From Oligoflexales bacterium (lineage in GTDB: Bacteria; Bdellovibrionota_B; Oligoflexia; Oligoflexales; JAPPIL01), in NCBI GenBank assembly GCA_965215515.1, contig OZ244057.1, forward strand, positions 1-64,000: 64,000 bases of DNA. Reading direction: 5' to 3'. The notes under the pieces were generated by a model, which was given only the letters and a program-made list of their open reading frames with translations, was not told the origin of the DNA and made no database searches. A program made the translations under genes and the position numbers. Every line of letters starts with the position of its first letter. Within the stretch, counting starts at the first letter, position 1. Positions 61,062 through 64,000 of the stretch are shown here, piece after piece.

Positions 61062-61418
61062 ATGAGGCAAGAAAGGAGCGGAGGCGTGACGCGGCGCAGA
61101 CGGACATTTAGCAAGTGGAAATTACGCAAGGGTGATCAGGTGATCGTCACTGCGGGGAAGTCAAAAGGGGCGACGGGGAAGATCGATCGTATCGATCGCA
61201 GCCGTTGCGGGGTCGTCATCGCGGGCGTGAACATGGTGCGTAAACATACCAAACCGACGCAGACCAGTCCTGGCGGTATCATCGACCAACCGCTGCCGCT
61301 GCACGTCAGTAACGTGGCAATGCTCGACCCGCGGCAAGGCGGCCCGACGCGCGTAGGGTGGCGACTCGAGGAGGGGCGCAAGGTGCGCTACGCCAAAAAA
61401 TCTGGGGCAATCTTGTAG
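61062..61418 (+). CDS. rplX: 50S ribosomal protein L24
   Basis: LRKGDQVIVTAGKSKG, GVNMVRKHTKP and PLHVSNVAMLDP motifs; the start is uncertain. Confidence 0.93.
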   Translation: MRQERSGGVTRRRRTFSKWKLRKGDQVIVTAGKSKGATGKIDRIDRSRCGVVIAGVNMVRKHTKPTQTSPGGIIDQPLPLHVSNVAMLDPRQGGPTRVGWRLEEGRKVRYAKKSGAIL

Positions 61419-61517
61419 ACCACACACCTGTATCCCTCGGCGGGTGTTCTTTTGTTCTCGTCGCTAAGACATAACGCGCGCGCTTTCCTTCCCCTGGGCG
61501 GTGACAAGGGCGGAGAG

Positions 61518-62618
61518 CTAAGTTTCGCTGTCGAGACTGCCAGCGTCTCTCAGCACCTGCACGTCGGGTGCTGCGATGTGAAAGTTACGGGTATCGCCCT
61601 TGGCGAGGTCGAGGTTGCTGACGTTGGAGATGCTCGCTTTCAAGGTTGGGGTCGCGGCTTGCGGTGGGGTTAGGGTCAGTTGCTCCGTGTCGCCGAGGTA
61701 GGTAAGACGTGTCACGCTCAGTTCGATAAGGTTGTAAGGTGGGTTTTCATAACAGACGTGAATCGCCTCAGGCCTGAGCGAGACCAGCACCGTCTCGTCG
61801 ACTGTGAAGGCATCGTTGTCCTCCCGACAGCTGTACAGTTCACCGATGGCGGTGAACAGGCGCAACTCGCCACCGTCACCCTTCGCCAGCACGCGTGCGC
61901 GTACCAGGTTGGTCTCGCCGATAAAACTGGCCAAAAACGCATTGCGAGGATGATCGTAAAGTTGCCGCGGTGTACCGCTCTGCACAACCTCGCCTGCCCG
62001 CAGCACGGTAATGCTCGACCCCATCGACAAGGCTTCCTTCTGATCGTGGGTGACATAGAGAGTGGTGAGATTGGTTTTCTGGTGAATTTCCAACAAATTC
62101 GCCCGCATCTCCAAGCGCAACTTGGCATCGAGATTGGACAGCGGCTCGTCGAGCAACAACACGTTAGGCGTTGTCGCTAAGGCACGTGCCAACGCCACGC
62201 GCTGCTGCTGTCCCCCCGATAACTGCCCTGGCAGACGCTGGGCAAAGCGTTCCAGCTGCGTCAGTGCCAATACCTCCTGCACCCGCGCGGCGATCTCGCC
62301 CTTAGGCTTTTTTTTAATTTTCAAGCCATATTCTATATTTTTATAAACAGTCATGTGTGGCCATAAGGCATAGTTTTGAAACACCATGCCGACGTTGCGA
62401 TCGACCGCCCGAAAACTCGTCACATCCCGTGTGCCAAAAAAAATACGCCCGCTGCTCGGTGTTTCTAGCCCTGCCAGAATGCGCAAAGCGGTTGTCTTGC
62501 CACAGCCAGAAGGGCCGAGAAAAAAGTGTAGCTCGCCCTCCGCAATCTGCAACGACAACCCCCTGAGCGCGTAGGTGTCGCCGTACTGTTTACTAATTTT
62601 TTCGAAAGTAACTTTCAC
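61518..62618 (-). CDS. ABC transporter ATP-binding protein (PotA/FbpC-like)
   Basis: [25 protein letters not shown] and a TOBE-like C-terminus. Confidence 0.92.
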   Translation of the reverse strand: MKVTFEKISKQYGDTYALRGLSLQIAEGELHFFLGPSGCGKTTALRILAGLETPSSGRIFFGTRDVTSFRAVDRNVGMVFQNYALWPHMTVYKNIEYGLKIKKKPKGEIAARVQEVLALTQLERFAQRLPGQLSGGQQQRVALARALATTPNVLLLDEPLSNLDAKLRLEMRANLLEIHQKTNLTTLYVTHDQKEALSMGSSITVLRAGEVVQSGTPRQLYDHPRNAFLASFIGETNLVRARVLAKGDGGELRLFTAIGELYSCREDNDAFTVDETVLVSLRPEAIHVCYENPPYNLIELSVTRLTYLGDTEQLTLTPPQAATPTLKASISNVSNLDLAKGDTRNFHIAAPDVQVLRDAGSLDSET

Positions 62619-63832
62619 GCTGCCAGCAATTTGTTAGCAATGCATGTCAAGAAGGCATCGCTGCTCAGGTAGTGCTCCTCTCGCATGTTCCTCCCGTGCA
62701 TCAACAGCGCGAGATCTTTCGTCATCTGCCCTGCCTCGATGGTATCGATGCAGATGCGTTCCACGCGTTGGGCAAAGTCACACAATGCCGTGTTGCCGTC
62801 AAACTGGCCACGGTAGTGCAATCCCCGTGTCCACGCAAAAATGCTGGCCACAGGATTGGTGCTGGTCTGCTTGCCCTGCTGGTGCTGGCGGTAGTGCCGT
62901 GTCACCGTGCCGTGCGCAGCCTCGGTCTCGACGGTCTTACCATCGGGGCAGAGCAACACCGAAATCATCATGCCCAGACTGCCAAAACCTTGCGCCACGG
63001 CATCGGATTGTACATCGCCGTCGTAATTCTTCAGCGCCCAAATAATCCCCCCGTCAAGCTTCAACACCTGTGCCACCATATCGTCGATCAAACGATGCTC
63101 GTAGCTCAAACCCCGTTGCCGAAAACGCGACTCGAATTTACGTGCGAAGACCTGCCGAAAAATGTCCCGAAAACGCCCGTCATAAGTCTTCAAAATCGTG
63201 TCTTTGGTGGACAGATAGACAGGGTAGCCCTTCTGCAAACCGTAATTAAAACAAGACTCGGCAAAGGCCGCGATCGAGTTGTCGGTATTGTACATAGCAC
63301 AAGCGATCCCCGTCCCCGCGAAGTCGGCCACTTCCCAGGTGCTGACCTCACCGTCACGAGTAGTAAACCGCAACTCCAGCTTGCCGCGGGAAGGAATAGA
63401 GACATCGGTAGCACGGTACTGATCGGCATGCGCATGCCGCCCGACGACGATCGGCCGTGTCCAGCCACGCACAGGACGAGGAATATTGCGACAGATGATC
63501 GGCTCACGAAAAACCGTGCCACCGAGAAAATTACGAATCGTGCCGTTTGGACTCCTCCACATCTGCTGGAGATCGAACTCCGCCATCCGCTGCTGGTCAG
63601 GCGTGATGGTGGCACACTTGATGCCCACACCATGCTCCTTGACCGCCGCGGCCGCCTCCCGCGTGATAGCATCGCGGCTGCGATCACGAGACTCAATACC
63701 GAGATCGAAGTACTTTATATCCAACTCACAAAAAGGGAAAATAAGGCGCTCCTTGATCTTCTGCCAGATAACCCTTGCCATCTCGTCACCGTCCATCTCG
63801 ACGACGGGGCTGGCCACAGCGATCTTACGCAC
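62615..63832 (-). CDS. icd: NADP-dependent isocitrate dehydrogenase
   Basis: [36 protein letters not shown] and [10 protein letters not shown] motifs. Confidence 0.97.
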   Translation of the reverse strand: MRKIAVASPVVEMDGDEMARVIWQKIKERLIFPFCELDIKYFDLGIESRDRSRDAITREAAAAVKEHGVGIKCATITPDQQRMAEFDLQQMWRSPNGTIRNFLGGTVFREPIICRNIPRPVRGWTRPIVVGRHAHADQYRATDVSIPSRGKLELRFTTRDGEVSTWEVADFAGTGIACAMYNTDNSIAAFAESCFNYGLQKGYPVYLSTKDTILKTYDGRFRDIFRQVFARKFESRFRQRGLSYEHRLIDDMVAQVLKLDGGIIWALKNYDGDVQSDAVAQGFGSLGMMISVLLCPDGKTVETEAAHGTVTRHYRQHQQGKQTSTNPVASIFAWTRGLHYRGQFDGNTALCDFAQRVERICIDTIEAGQMTKDLALLMHGRNMREEHYLSSDAFLTCIANKLLAA

Positions 63833-64000
63833 CGCATCACTCCTCTATTGCCGCTGTTTGGCGTAACACAAATTTTTCTTTGAGGGAAGGGTGAGGAGGT
63901 AATTTTTGCTGCATGCTTACCGTAGGGATGAAAAGAAAAAAGTAATAATTTTATTATTTATTATGGCGCATTGCAACAGAACAAGGGGGGGAGTACTTCC

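Noticed and set aside
62672..63883. 403-aa ORF on the + strand
   Set aside because: Antisense shadow of icd with no recognisable motifs.

Overview
Bacterial chromosome window with an accessory block of about 33.5 kb (~2860-36335) inserted at the 3' end of tRNA-Val(TAC). The left flank holds nuoE, nuoF, the 5' end of nuoG, and msrB. The right flank is housekeeping: prenyl synthase, truB, pta, galE and LPS glycosyltransferases, a subtilase, SurA-like and TPR proteins, a Kef antiporter, tatA, mlaEFD, dsbD, an orphan rplX, an ABC ATPase and icd. The accessory block appears to be a tandem array of related, decaying, serine-recombinase-based ICE-like elements. Unit 1 (~2860-27660) carries a large serine recombinase (LSR) pseudogene, a VirB-like T4SS operon with a broken FtsK-type coupling ATPase, a sigma-region-4/XRE regulator pair, a secreted GHGG-repeat peptide precursor, a HEPN-like protein, type III R-M, a broken TIR+TM pair, Rpn, and a terminal HTH/recombinase-domain module. 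Unit 2 (~27660-36335) is a sibling whose tra region has been deleted. It carries radical SAM+ASCH, TIR+RipA-like membrane protein, AbiE, IS2-group remnants, an Rpn remnant and a second copy of the terminal module. Most interesting observations: (1) the multi-repeat secreted peptide whose predicted mature N-terminus is Gly-Gly-His; (2) the att site lying inside the LSR gene, which swaps its C-terminus; (3) both LSR copies deleted from exactly the same 17-bp sequence that is identical to the IS end; (4) a radical SAM-ASCH pair in a defence hotspot; (5) short GC/GCT-rich filler segments interrupting island genes. All protein family calls come from motif recognition by eye; no database searches were run.
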